Position numbers and translations under genes: made by a program. Of a stretch of DNA of 30,820 nucleotides, positions 8,607 through 17,995 are shown in pieces. The notes beneath the pieces are model-generated. The model searched no databases, was not told where the DNA came from, and was given only the letters and a program-made list of their open reading frames with translations. This DNA comes from an uncultured Spirochaetaceae bacterium (lineage in GTDB: Bacteria > Myxococcota_A > UBA9160 > UBA4427). Within the stretch, counting starts at the first letter, position 1. Each line of letters begins with the position of its first letter. The stretch lies in assembly GCA_964466005.1 (NCBI GenBank), contig CAYXLY010000001.1, forward strand, positions 1 to 30,820, given 5' to 3'.

Positions 8607-10154
8607 ATGAACGGTGCAGAGAGTCTCCTTCGATCCCTGGTCGACTCGGGCGTCGAGCTCTGCGTGACGAACCCCGGGACCTCCGAGATGCATTTCGTCG
8701 CGGCGCTCGATCGCGTGCCTGGCATGCGGCCGGTGCTCGGCCTCCAGGAGAACGTCGTCACCGGCGCCGCCGACGGCTACGGGCGGATGCTCGACAAGCC
8801 GGCGGCCACGCTGCTCCACCTGGGCCCCGGCCTCGCCAACGGCCTCGCCAACCTGCACAACGCCCGACGCGCGCATACGCCGATCGTGAACGTGATCGGC
8901 GATCATGCGACGACCCATCGCCATCTCGACGCGCCGCTCACCTCGGACGTCGAAGCCGTCGCGGCGCCCTTCTCGCATTGGGTCCGGGTGTCGACGAGCT
9001 GTCGCAGCGTCGGCCGGGACGCGGCAGAGGCCGTCGCCGTGGCTCGTGCGCAGCCGGGACAGATCGCGTCGCTGATCCTGCCGGCGGACAGCTCCTGGAA
9101 CGAGCCGGGCGTGCCGGCGAAGGCGCGGCCCGTGCCCGAGCCGAGCGCGCCTCCGAGCGAGACCATCGACTCGATCGCCGCTCGTCTGCGAGAGCACACG
9201 CCCGCCGCGATCCTCCTCGGCGGTCGCGCGCTGCGCGAGGAGTCGCTCGCGCTGGCCGCAGCCATCGGAGAGGCGACAGGGGCGCGGATCCTCACCGACA
9301 CCTTCTTCGCCCGCCTCGAGCGCGGCGGAACGCGGCCTTCGATCGATCGCATCCCCTACTTCACGGAGCAGGCCGTCGAGAAGCTGGCCGACGTCGCGGA
9401 TCTCGTCCTCGTCCACACCCGGGCGCCCGTCGGCTTCTTCGCCTATCCCGACAAGCCGAGCGTGATCGCGGACCCGAAGACGAGGATCCATACGCTCGCC
9501 GAGCTCGAGGAGGACGCCGAGGAGGCGCTGCGCGCGCTGGCCGAAGCGCTGGGCGTGCGGAAGATCGAGCCGGGCGCGTATCGCTCGCGGGCACCGCGCC
9601 CGGAGCGCCCGACGGGAGCGCTCGATCCGATGGCGATCGCCCGGGCGGTCGGGGCGCTCCTGCCCGAGAACGCGATCGTCGTCGACGAGTCGGCGACGGC
9701 GGGCCTCGGGCTGCTGCCGGCGACCGAGTCGGCGCCGATCCACGACTGGCTGTCGCTGACGGGCGGCGCGATCGGCCAGGGAATCCCCTCCGCGACGGGC
9801 GCAGCCCTGGCCTGCCCGGACCGTCGCGTCCTGAACATGCAGGCGGACGGCTCGGCCATGTACACGATCCAGGCCCTCTGGACCCAGGCCCGCGAGAGCC
9901 TGGACGTGACCACGGTGATCCTCGCCAATCGGAGCTATGCGATCCTGAACCTCGAGCTGAACCGGACGGGCGCCGCCCCGAGCCGCGTCGCAGGCGAGCT
10001 CTTCGACCTGAGTCGGCCCGAGCTCGACTTCGTCTCGATCGCCGCGGGCCTCGGCGTGCCGGGCGTCCGGGTCGAGGATGCGGAGTCGTTCACGAAGGAG
10101 CTCGACCGGTCGCTGCGCGAGCCCGGCCCTCGCCTCATCGAGGCCGTTCTCTGA
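8607..10154 (+). CDS. ThDP-dependent enzyme, acetolactate synthase large subunit-like (MNGAESL..ANPGTSEMHFVAALD subfamily)
   Basis: NPGTSEMHFVAALD, TGAADGYG, HLGPGLANGLANLHNA, ThDP motif ADGSAMY..N. AGGAAGG upstream of ATG8607. Confidence 0.92.
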   Translation: MNGAESLLRSLVDSGVELCVTNPGTSEMHFVAALDRVPGMRPVLGLQENVVTGAADGYGRMLDKPAATLLHLGPGLANGLANLHNARRAHTPIVNVIGDHATTHRHLDAPLTSDVEAVAAPFSHWVRVSTSCRSVGRDAAEAVAVARAQPGQIASLILPADSSWNEPGVPAKARPVPEPSAPPSETIDSIAARLREHTPAAILLGGRALREESLALAAAIGEATGARILTDTFFARLERGGTRPSIDRIPYFTEQAVEKLADVADLVLVHTRAPVGFFAYPDKPSVIADPKTRIHTLAELEEDAEEALRALAEALGVRKIEPGAYRSRAPRPERPTGALDPMAIARAVGALLPENAIVVDESATAGLGLLPATESAPIHDWLSLTGGAIGQGIPSATGAALACPDRRVLNMQADGSAMYTIQALWTQARESLDVTTVILANRSYAILNLELNRTGAAPSRVAGELFDLSRPELDFVSIAAGLGVPGVRVEDAESFTKELDRSLREPGPRLIEAVL

Positions 10155-11982
10155 CCTCGGAGACGGGCGCTCCCGGCTTCCTCGACAGCCGCTCCGGCGT
10201 GTACCAGATCGGCGAGGTATAGGCGCGTTCCTGGATCAGGACCCTCTGACCCGCCAGAGGCGTTCCGTAGCGAGCGGCGTCGATCGCGTTCCAGCGCGGG
10301 GTCACGATCTCGAGCACCCGGGCGTAGTAGAACGCCGGCTGCTCGGGGTCGAAGTCCGGGTCCCGCCAGACGGCCGCCATCTCGCCATCGCCCCGCAGCG
10401 GATCTTCCGCCACGACCACGTCGACGACCTGCTCGCGATCCGTTCCGTCGCCCTCGAGCCAGCCCTTCACGATCTGGATCCGCTGGAGCGCCGCACCGGC
10501 CGGGTCACGCAAGGCCGCCAGCAGGAAGGTCGGCGCCGGGTCCTCGCCCTCCGGAGGCGAGTCGAGGTCGCCGCCCATCGGAACCCCCTTCGCACGGCCC
10601 GTGCGCGCCGTCTCCCGACCGCGCGCATCCGCCGCCTCGAAGCGCCAGCCCCCGAAGAAGAGCACGGTCATGCGCGGACCCGTCGTCGCGTAGACCTCCT
10701 TGCGCCGCAGGGCGTCGAAGATCGCCGCCCGGGTGTTCTCGCGCGCCCAGACACCCGCATAGCCCGCTGCCGCCTGCTCCCAGCTCATGGTGGAGGCGGC
10801 GCCCGGCACGCGGGAGCGGATGAACTCTCCCTCCATCCGCCGACTGCCCGGCGGCATGTTCGCCGTCTTGCCCCAGTAGTCGTCCTCGTCCGCGGTGGCG
10901 AGCGACGTATGCGCGTCCGTGCTTCCGATCAGGCCGAAGCGGAAGGGATTCACGCCGAGGCGCGCGAGCACACCGAGCCCCGTCTTCAGGGCGGCCCGTG
11001 CATAGCTCCCGGCGTGCATCGAGGGCTCGGTCTTCGCGAGCCCGAAGATGTTCGTCTCGTCCCATCGTTCGTAGTCCGCGAACTCGTCGTCGGGCGAGAG
11101 GAAGGGATGCGTCTCGCTGTCCCCCTTGATCTGGGTCACCTCGACGATCGGCTCGTAGCGGGCGCGGAGACGCGCCAGCTCGGCGTCCATCGCACCGCCC
11201 CGGGAGTCCTCGACCGCGAACATCAGGCCATTGGAGAGATTCGAGTTGTGCGGGATCGCGAAGGCCTGGCCGCCCGTCTCGGCCTCGTACCGGGCCAGGA
11301 AGTCCCAGAGATCCTCGGGGTGGATGCTGTGGACGGCCGAGAAGGGGAGGATGCGCTTCGTCTTGTCCGGACCGTCCCGGAACAGCACGTTGCGATGGAG
11401 ATTGTTCCCGCCCGGCGTCGAGCCCCACTCGTAGCCCACGATCGCGCTGAAGCGACCCGGCTCGTCGAATCGCTCGGCGATGTCGACGACGTCGTCCCAG
11501 ACGAAGCGCTGGATCGACTCGTCCTCCATCAACGGGTCGTCCTGAAGGAGCGCGTTCAGGGCGTTGATGTCCTCCGGACCGAAGATCGGGTTCTCGGCGA
11601 TGAGGCGCTTCACCTTCGCGGCCGTCTCCGAGTCCTCGACGATGGGATGGCCGTCCCGGATCATCGAGAAGACGCCCAGGTACTCCGCATGATCGGAGAC
11701 CACCAGGAAGTCGAGGGGGCGATCGAGCTTCGCAACCGCGCCGGCACCGGTCGTCACCGCCTCGCCGCGCGCGAAGCGATAGGCGGCGTCCGGTCCGAGC
11801 GTGAAGTTGTTGAAGAGATTCGCGTCGAGCGAGTAGGCGCTATGTACGTGCGTGTCGCCCCAGTAGAGCTCCGGCAGCGGCGCCTCGGCACGGACCGCTC
11901 TCGGCGCCGCGCCAGCGAGGCCCGAGAGCAGGAGCAGGAGCAGGAGCGACCCTTCCATCGCGGAACGAAATCCAGGTTTCAT
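10135..11982 (-). CDS. DUF3604 domain protein (exported, PHP-like metal-dependent hydrolase)
   Basis: Signal peptide; WGDTHVHSAYSLDA, SDHAEYLG, GYEW, NLHRNV, IPHNSNLSNG, EVTQIKGDSE, GSTDAH, QERAYTSPIWY. Confidence 0.9.
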   Translation of the reverse strand: MKPGFRSAMEGSLLLLLLLSGLAGAAPRAVRAEAPLPELYWGDTHVHSAYSLDANLFNNFTLGPDAAYRFARGEAVTTGAGAVAKLDRPLDFLVVSDHAEYLGVFSMIRDGHPIVEDSETAAKVKRLIAENPIFGPEDINALNALLQDDPLMEDESIQRFVWDDVVDIAERFDEPGRFSAIVGYEWGSTPGGNNLHRNVLFRDGPDKTKRILPFSAVHSIHPEDLWDFLARYEAETGGQAFAIPHNSNLSNGLMFAVEDSRGGAMDAELARLRARYEPIVEVTQIKGDSETHPFLSPDDEFADYERWDETNIFGLAKTEPSMHAGSYARAALKTGLGVLARLGVNPFRFGLIGSTDAHTSLATADEDDYWGKTANMPPGSRRMEGEFIRSRVPGAASTMSWEQAAAGYAGVWARENTRAAIFDALRRKEVYATTGPRMTVLFFGGWRFEAADARGRETARTGRAKGVPMGGDLDSPPEGEDPAPTFLLAALRDPAGAALQRIQIVKGWLEGDGTDREQVVDVVVAEDPLRGDGEMAAVWRDPDFDPEQPAFYYARVLEIVTPRWNAIDAARYGTPLAGQRVLIQERAYTSPIWYTPERLSRKPGAPVSEVRERPR

Positions 11983-12140
11983 CCGGTCCCCACTCGTCGT
12001 CGCTTGCACGGGTTCGTCTTGGGATGCGTGGCCGTCGGACTCGATCGAAGCCCTCGCGGCGACTTCCTGCCAGCACATCTTCTACACTCCCGGACGCGTA
12101 CTTGCATGCACACGGGAGCTTCCCGGGAGATCGCTCGATC

Positions 12141-14996
12141 GTGACGTCCGTCCAGGAGCCCACGACAGAGGCCCGTCAGGATAGAGGCTCGACGATCCGC
12201 CGCAACGGAGCCCCGGAGCTGCCCCTGCGCTCCGAGACCCGGGTCCGCTGGATCGCCACCTTCACGCTCTTCCTGCTGATGGCCGCGCATACGCTGATGG
12301 AGACCGGCCGGGATGCGCTCTTCCTGGCCAACATCCCGGTGGAGCGTCTTCCCTGGGTCTACATCGTGGTCGCGTTCTCCGCCGTCGGGCTCTCGCGACT
12401 CGTCGCGAACGGTACGACGAACACCTCGCCCCGGACGCGCCTCATCCTGCTCCAGATCCTCGCCGCGACCTCGGTCCTCGCGTTCTGGTCGGCCCTGGGC
12501 GGGTCGGGCCCCTGGCTCTACTATGCGCTCTACGTCTGGAGTGGAGTGATCTCCGGAGTCGTCGTCGTGACCTTCTGGATGCTCCTCGGTGACCTCTTCA
12601 CGATCACCCAGGGAAAGCGCCTCTTCGCCTCGATCGCCATCGGCGGATCCTTCGGAGCCCTGGCCGGGTCGGGCCTCGCGAACGGACTCGCCCCGACGCT
12701 CGGCGCGGACTCGCTGCTGCTGGCCTCGGCCGGCTTCTTCGCGATGAGCGCGCTGGCTCCCGTCTGGCTGGGTCGCGACGGCGATCCGCTCCCGGAGCCC
12801 CGGGCCTCCTCGATGCCCCCGCGGCCCGCTGCGTCCGTCAGCCTGCGCGAGGGCATGAGTCGGACGCTCGCGAACCCCTATGCCTGCCGGGTCGCCGTGC
12901 TGGTCGCGCTGGCGAGCGCCACGCTCACCCTGGGCGATTATCTCTTCAAGAGCGTGCTGACCGAAGAGGTGCCCGTCGACCAGCTCTCGACCTGGCTGGC
13001 CCGGATCTACTTCGGCCTGAACCTCGCGTCGATCGCGATGCTCGCCATCGGCGTGACACCCATCGTCCGCCGGGTGGGCGTCGATCGCTCGCTCGCCGTG
13101 CTGCCCGCGCTGATCGCGCTCGCCACGGTCGGCGTCTTCGCCGGGCTCGCATTCCTGGCGATCATCCTGCTGAAGGCGAGCGACGGGATGCTCAGGTACT
13201 CGCTGCACAAGACGGCGAGCGAGCTGCTCTATCTGCCGATGGAATCCGGGCTGAGATCCGCCGTGAAGGGCGTCATCGACCTCGCCGGAGACAGCATGGC
13301 CAAGGCCCTCGCATCGGTCGCGATCCTGGGCCTCGTGGCGCTCCCGCAGCCGAGAATGGCCGTCGCGCTCGCGGTGCTGCTGATGGCGGGTCTCTGGAGT
13401 GCGGCGGCCCTGCGACTTCGGCGGCCCTATCTCGACGTCTTCCGGAAGACCCTCCGGGAGGGCGCGATCGACCTCCGGATCGAGTTTCCCGAGCTCGACA
13501 TCGACTCGGCCGAGTCCCTGATCCAGGCGCTGAGCGATCCGGACGAGCGCGTCGTGATCGCGGCCATGGACCTGCTGACCGAGCGCGACCGCTGCTCCCT
13601 GATCCCGAGCCTGATCCTCTATCATCCCTCTCCGCGCGTCGTCGAGCGAGCCATCGACATCTTCGCCCAGAAGCGCCATGCCCATGTCCTGGACTTCGCC
13701 GACCGACTGATCGACCACGAATATGCGGCGGTCCGATCGGCGATCGTCCGGGCGAGTGCGCTGCTCGCTCCCGATCGCGCGCGCCTGGAGACCTTGAGCC
13801 ATGCCGACTGTCCCTGCGTCCGCGTGAGCGCGGTCGCCGGGCTGGTCGCCCATGACTGGATCGATCCCGAGAAAGCGCTGGCGGAGCTCGACGTCGCGCT
13901 CGTGCATCCCCATCCGGATACGCGCATCGCGGTCGCCAACGCAGCCAAGCTGCGTTATTCGGAGCTCTACCGCGAGCCCCTGCAGCGTCTCGCTCGGGAC
14001 CCGGATCCGGAGGTCGCTCGCGAGGCGGTCCGGGCGATGCGCGAGAGCCGCGATTCCGGGTTCGTCGATCCCCTGATCGGACTCCTCGACGACAGGCGGA
14101 TCCGCGAAGAGGTCCGGGCCGCCCTGCTCGAGAGGGGCGAGTCGGTGCTGCCCGCCCTGACCCGGGCGCTGGAGGCTCCCGACACTCCGGCGGCCGTTCG
14201 CCGCCATCTGCCGCGCACTCTGTCGAGATTCGACTCCATGGAGGCCGTCGGAATCCTGATGCACGGCCTTCGACATGGACCGAGCGGAATGATCCGCTAC
14301 AAGATCCTGCGCGGATTGCAGCCCCTGCTGGAAGGTCCGCTCGGCCGCTCCGTCGACACGACCCCGCTCGTGGAAGAGCTCGAGGACACGATCGACCGCA
14401 CTCTCCATCTGCTCCACCGGGAGGCCGAGATCGCGCGCGGACAGAGCGAGCGACCCGATCGGGCGACGGCCGGCGGCCGCCTCCTGCTCGACCTGCTGAG
14501 GGACAAGCGCAAGCTGGCGACCAGCCGGATCTTCCTCCTGCTCTCGCTGCTCTACCCGAACGAGGACTTCCGCACGATCGAGAACGGCATCCGGAGCGAC
14601 CGGCCTGTGGCGCAGGCGAGCGGGACCGAGCTCCTCGAGCATCTGCTTCCCCGCGATCTCGCCTCGACCCTGCTCGGCATCCTCACGCCCGGCTCGGCGC
14701 GCGATCGGCTCCAGGCCATCGGCTCGACGCGCTCGTCCGAAGAGAAGCTCGACTACCTGCGCACCGTCGACGAGCTCGGCCACGACTCGAGTCAGGCCGT
14801 TCGGGCCTTCGCCCTCTACCATTCGGGCGAGCTCGAGCTCGAGAGGCTGCGGGAAGAGGATCCGCGAGTGGGACCGGACCGGGCTCGCGTGCGGAGCCTG
14901 CGGGAGCGCGCCCTCGAGATCATCGAGGGACTGCCCGATGCCCTGGCCCTCCAGGCGCTCGATCCCGGAGAGAGTCCGGGCGCCTCCGATGCGTGA
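12141..14996 (+). CDS. NTT/TLC (Npt1/Npt2) family nucleotide translocase fused to HEAT repeats
   Basis: ~11-12 TM N-terminal half (ETGRDALFL, FWMLLGDLFT..GKRLFASIAIGGSFG, YSLHKTASELLYLP..KGVID), then helical HEAT-like repeats (ALSDPDERV, LARDPDPEVAREAVRA). GTG start with GGGAGA RBS. Confidence 0.85.
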   Translation: MTSVQEPTTEARQDRGSTIRRNGAPELPLRSETRVRWIATFTLFLLMAAHTLMETGRDALFLANIPVERLPWVYIVVAFSAVGLSRLVANGTTNTSPRTRLILLQILAATSVLAFWSALGGSGPWLYYALYVWSGVISGVVVVTFWMLLGDLFTITQGKRLFASIAIGGSFGALAGSGLANGLAPTLGADSLLLASAGFFAMSALAPVWLGRDGDPLPEPRASSMPPRPAASVSLREGMSRTLANPYACRVAVLVALASATLTLGDYLFKSVLTEEVPVDQLSTWLARIYFGLNLASIAMLAIGVTPIVRRVGVDRSLAVLPALIALATVGVFAGLAFLAIILLKASDGMLRYSLHKTASELLYLPMESGLRSAVKGVIDLAGDSMAKALASVAILGLVALPQPRMAVALAVLLMAGLWSAAALRLRRPYLDVFRKTLREGAIDLRIEFPELDIDSAESLIQALSDPDERVVIAAMDLLTERDRCSLIPSLILYHPSPRVVERAIDIFAQKRHAHVLDFADRLIDHEYAAVRSAIVRASALLAPDRARLETLSHADCPCVRVSAVAGLVAHDWIDPEKALAELDVALVHPHPDTRIAVANAAKLRYSELYREPLQRLARDPDPEVAREAVRAMRESRDSGFVDPLIGLLDDRRIREEVRAALLERGESVLPALTRALEAPDTPAAVRRHLPRTLSRFDSMEAVGILMHGLRHGPSGMIRYKILRGLQPLLEGPLGRSVDTTPLVEELEDTIDRTLHLLHREAEIARGQSERPDRATAGGRLLLDLLRDKRKLATSRIFLLLSLLYPNEDFRTIENGIRSDRPVAQASGTELLEHLLPRDLASTLLGILTPGSARDRLQAIGSTRSSEEKLDYLRTVDELGHDSSQAVRAFALYHSGELELERLREEDPRVGPDRARVRSLRERALEIIEGLPDALALQALDPGESPGASDA

Positions 14997-15927
14997 GCTT
15001 CCGCTCGTCTCGCCTCTGGACCGCGCGCTCTTCCTGAAGGCCCAGCCCTACCTGGCAGGCCTCCCTCCCCGGGTGGTCGCCGCGCTGGCCGAGCATACGG
15101 AGGAGCGCGAGCTCCGCGCACGGGATCCGATCTACGAGAGGGGGACACCACCGCGGGAGCTGCTCTTCCTCTCGACGGGCGGCGTCCGACTCCAGTACGG
15201 AGAGCCCGGAGGCATCCCTCCGATCGACGTGAGAGCGCCCGGCGGCGTCGGGCTGATGGAGCATCTCGCACGGTCGGAGGAGCCTCCCGCCGCCTGGGCG
15301 CTCGAGGACACCCAGGCCCTCGCCATGGACCTGCACGTGTTCATGCAGCTGATGGAGGAGGATTTCCAGCTCTATCAGGCGATCGCGCGAAGCCTGGGCC
15401 GAGCCGTTCTGGGGGCACGGCACGCGCTCGGTCGCCGCTGTCCCGCGGAGGCGGGCTATCCGCAAGGCATCCCGGACACGGCGCCCGAGCCCCTCGATCT
15501 CGTCCAGAAGCTGGTGCGTGCGCGCGAGGCGCCCTTCTTCCGGGAGACCAACGTGACGGTGCTGACCGAGCTCCTCCGATTCCAGCAGCCCCGACGACTC
15601 TCGCGCGACACGACCCTCTGGCGCCAGGGAGACCCCGTCTCCTCGATGGCGCTCGTCCTGGAGGGAGGCTTCGAGACCCACTGCGCCGACGTCGCCCTCG
15701 CGTCTCCAGCGGGATCGATGCTCGGCGCCTGGGAGATCTTCGCGCTCGAGCCGAGGGCCGAGACGGCGATCGCGACGACGGAGAGCCGCATCCTCGAGAT
15801 CGACCGGACGCATTTCACGGACGTGCTCGAGGATCGCTTCGAGTTCGCTCTCGACTATCTCGGCAAGCTGGCTCGCGAGACGATCCGACTCCGTTCGATC
15901 TCACCGGAAGGCCGCAAGGAGCAGTAG
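14989..15927 (+). CDS. Tandem cyclic-nucleotide-binding (cNMP/CNB) domain protein without HTH
   Basis: Two repeats (LDRALFLKAQPYL..IYERG..L.FLSTG and LVQKLVRAREAPFF..LWRQG..M.LVLEG..GAWE..PRAETA). Start overlaps the upstream stop (ATGCGTGA). Confidence 0.85.
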   Translation: MRELPLVSPLDRALFLKAQPYLAGLPPRVVAALAEHTEERELRARDPIYERGTPPRELLFLSTGGVRLQYGEPGGIPPIDVRAPGGVGLMEHLARSEEPPAAWALEDTQALAMDLHVFMQLMEEDFQLYQAIARSLGRAVLGARHALGRRCPAEAGYPQGIPDTAPEPLDLVQKLVRAREAPFFRETNVTVLTELLRFQQPRRLSRDTTLWRQGDPVSSMALVLEGGFETHCADVALASPAGSMLGAWEIFALEPRAETAIATTESRILEIDRTHFTDVLEDRFEFALDYLGKLARETIRLRSISPEGRKEQ

Positions 15928-15945
15928 CAAGAGAGACGCCGCTGC

Positions 15946-16773
15946 TCAGAACTCGACCCTGAAGGCCAGCCCGCCCGGGATGGGCGCCACGGACCAGCTC
16001 GCCTGGGGCTCCTCGGGTCGAGCCGGCCCGGAGACGAAGGCCCGATAGGCCTCGAGATCCTCCTGACCCTTCCAGGGCTCCGTCCAGAGCATGAGCTCGC
16101 CGGCCAGCGTACTGACCCCGATCTGTGTCACGGCATCGGACGGATTGCCGTAGAAGATCACGGTGAGGCCGGCCGCGGTGTTGAGCGCCACGTTGCCCGC
16201 ATGGGCCAGCCAGTTGTAGCGACGCTTCGAACGGTGGGCGACCCGAGCGAGCTGGGCCTCGCCTGCGCGGAGCCGCGCCATCGAGGCCGCGCGTCCCTCG
16301 CCCTCGATCTCGCGAATCGGAGACGCGCCGAGACGTGCGGGAGTCGGATCGAAGACGAGGCGCGCCACGCCGAAGGCGGCCTTGCCGGCCGTGAGGGCTC
16401 CGTTCAGCCGGTCGTCATGCTCGTTCGCAAGGCCCGCCTGGAGCCCCCCGATCCCGATCCCGAGCGTCCATCCCGAGGTGAAGCCCGTCTGCCAGAAGCG
16501 CGCGTAGGGTGCCCGCTCGTCTAGACGGCGGCTCAGGAAGGCGATCCGTCGCTCGATCTCCGCGTCGTCGAGGTCGCTGAGATCCCCCGAGATGACCGCC
16601 TCCCGCACCGGACGGGTCGAGTCCGTGTCTCCATCGATCTCGGAGGAGAGCGCCTCCGAGGCGCCTGTCGGGCTCGAGACGAGCAGGAAGAGAAGCAGGA
16701 CGAGGAGGCTCAGGGGAAGGCCCGGACCGAATCGCTCATCCGTCTGCGGATCCTTCGTCCCGATCGACCGCAT
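15946..16773 (-). CDS. Hypothetical exported/envelope protein
   Basis: Purine-rich RBS, hydrophobic leader, Gly-rich hydrophobic segments, C-terminal WSVAPIPGGLAFRVEF. Confidence 0.65.
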   Translation of the reverse strand: MRSIGTKDPQTDERFGPGLPLSLLVLLLFLLVSSPTGASEALSSEIDGDTDSTRPVREAVISGDLSDLDDAEIERRIAFLSRRLDERAPYARFWQTGFTSGWTLGIGIGGLQAGLANEHDDRLNGALTAGKAAFGVARLVFDPTPARLGASPIREIEGEGRAASMARLRAGEAQLARVAHRSKRRYNWLAHAGNVALNTAAGLTVIFYGNPSDAVTQIGVSTLAGELMLWTEPWKGQEDLEAYRAFVSGPARPEEPQASWSVAPIPGGLAFRVEF

Positions 16774-16882
16774 CCTCTCCCTCTTCCTCTTTCTCTTCCC
16801 CGCTCTCCAACGGCTCCGGAGGTCGGCTTCGCTACAGTCCCGCGAATCCTCCCGAAACAAAGAGCCGACAGGAACCCGCCCC

Positions 16883-17995
16883 ATGCCGTCGAGGCCGCTG
16901 AAGCCGCCGCGCAGGACCGACCCCTCTCGCTGCGCAGCGCTTCGTAGAATCCTCATTCTCTCATCGCTTCCGATCCTCTGGATCTCCCTGTCTGCCGGAC
17001 TGGGCTGCGTGGCCGCGAGCCCAGAGCCCCCTGGCGAGCTCTCCGAGCGTCCCGCTCCGAAGGCCCCCGGGCCCCTTCGTCATTGGCCTCTCGATCCCGA
17101 GAGGCTCGAGACGGCCCTGCGCAGCGACCCGATCGAGGTTCTCTCGGAGCGTTATGCCGGAGCCGGGCTGACCGGGGCCTCCCGCGTCGAGCTCCGCCTG
17201 CTCGAGGCTGGACTCGAGATCTCTGCAAAGTGGAAGCCGATGCCCCCGGGATTCGACGGGATCAACAACTCGCCCCGCAAGGAGCTCGCCGCCTACGAGG
17301 TCCAGAAGCTCGTCCTCGACCCCTCCGACTACGTCGTGCCGACCTCGGTGGCCCGCTGCCTCCCGGCCTCCGCCTTCCCCGATCCGACGGAGCATGTCGA
17401 GGAACGTTTCCCGGGCTCCCGATGCGAGCTCGGCGTCCTCTCCGTCTGGCTGGAGAACGTGACGCTACCCGAGCAGCTGCTCGATGTGAAGCGCTTCGAA
17501 GAGAATGAAGGATATGCGCGGCATCTGGCCCGATTCAATCTCGTCACCTACCTGATCCTTCATCAGGACGGGCGACGCGGAAACTTCCTCGTCTCGACCG
17601 ACCCGGAAGATCGACGCGTCTTCGCCGTCGACAACGGCGTGGCCTTCAGTGGCATCTGGTACAACTGGTTCGTTCCCAACTGGAAACGAATCCGGGTCCC
17701 TGCGCTCGATCAGCGCTCCTTCGAACGGATGCGGGAGCTCGATGCCGAAGACCTCGAGTCCCTGGCGGTCGTCGCCGAGCTCCGCCGTCTCCCGGACGGA
17801 ATGCTCGTTCCGGTCCCGGCGGGCCCGATCCGCGAGCGGGACGAGGGCGTCCGCATCGATGGGCCGACCCTCCAGCTCGGCCTGACCGAAGACGAGATCG
17901 AGAACCTCTTCGAGCGGATCGAGGAGCTGATCGAAGAGGTCGAAGAGGGGGATCTCTCGATCCTTCCGCCGCCCGGCTCGAGAGAAGACCTTTGA
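16883..17995 (+). CDS. Putative exported (lipo)protein with an atypical protein-kinase-like fold (PI4K type II / Fam20C / SCO1664-like)
   Basis: Leader ending SAGLGC; Gly loop AGAGLTG; AKWKP; KELAAYE; VVPTSVAR; GVLSVW; YLILHQDGRRGNFL; VFAVDNGVAF. Confidence 0.75.
   Translation: MPSRPLKPPRRTDPSRCAALRRILILSSLPILWISLSAGLGCVAASPEPPGELSERPAPKAPGPLRHWPLDPERLETALRSDPIEVLSERYAGAGLTGASRVELRLLEAGLEISAKWKPMPPGFDGINNSPRKELAAYEVQKLVLDPSDYVVPTSVARCLPASAFPDPTEHVEERFPGSRCELGVLSVWLENVTLPEQLLDVKRFEENEGYARHLARFNLVTYLILHQDGRRGNFLVSTDPEDRRVFAVDNGVAFSGIWYNWFVPNWKRIRVPALDQRSFERMRELDAEDLESLAVVAELRRLPDGMLVPVPAGPIRERDEGVRIDGPTLQLGLTEDEIENLFERIEELIEEVEEGDLSILPPPGSREDL

Noticed and set aside
11979-14822. 947-aa antisense ORF to NTT-HEAT
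   Set aside because: Antisense frame kept open by codon bias; no recognisable domain.
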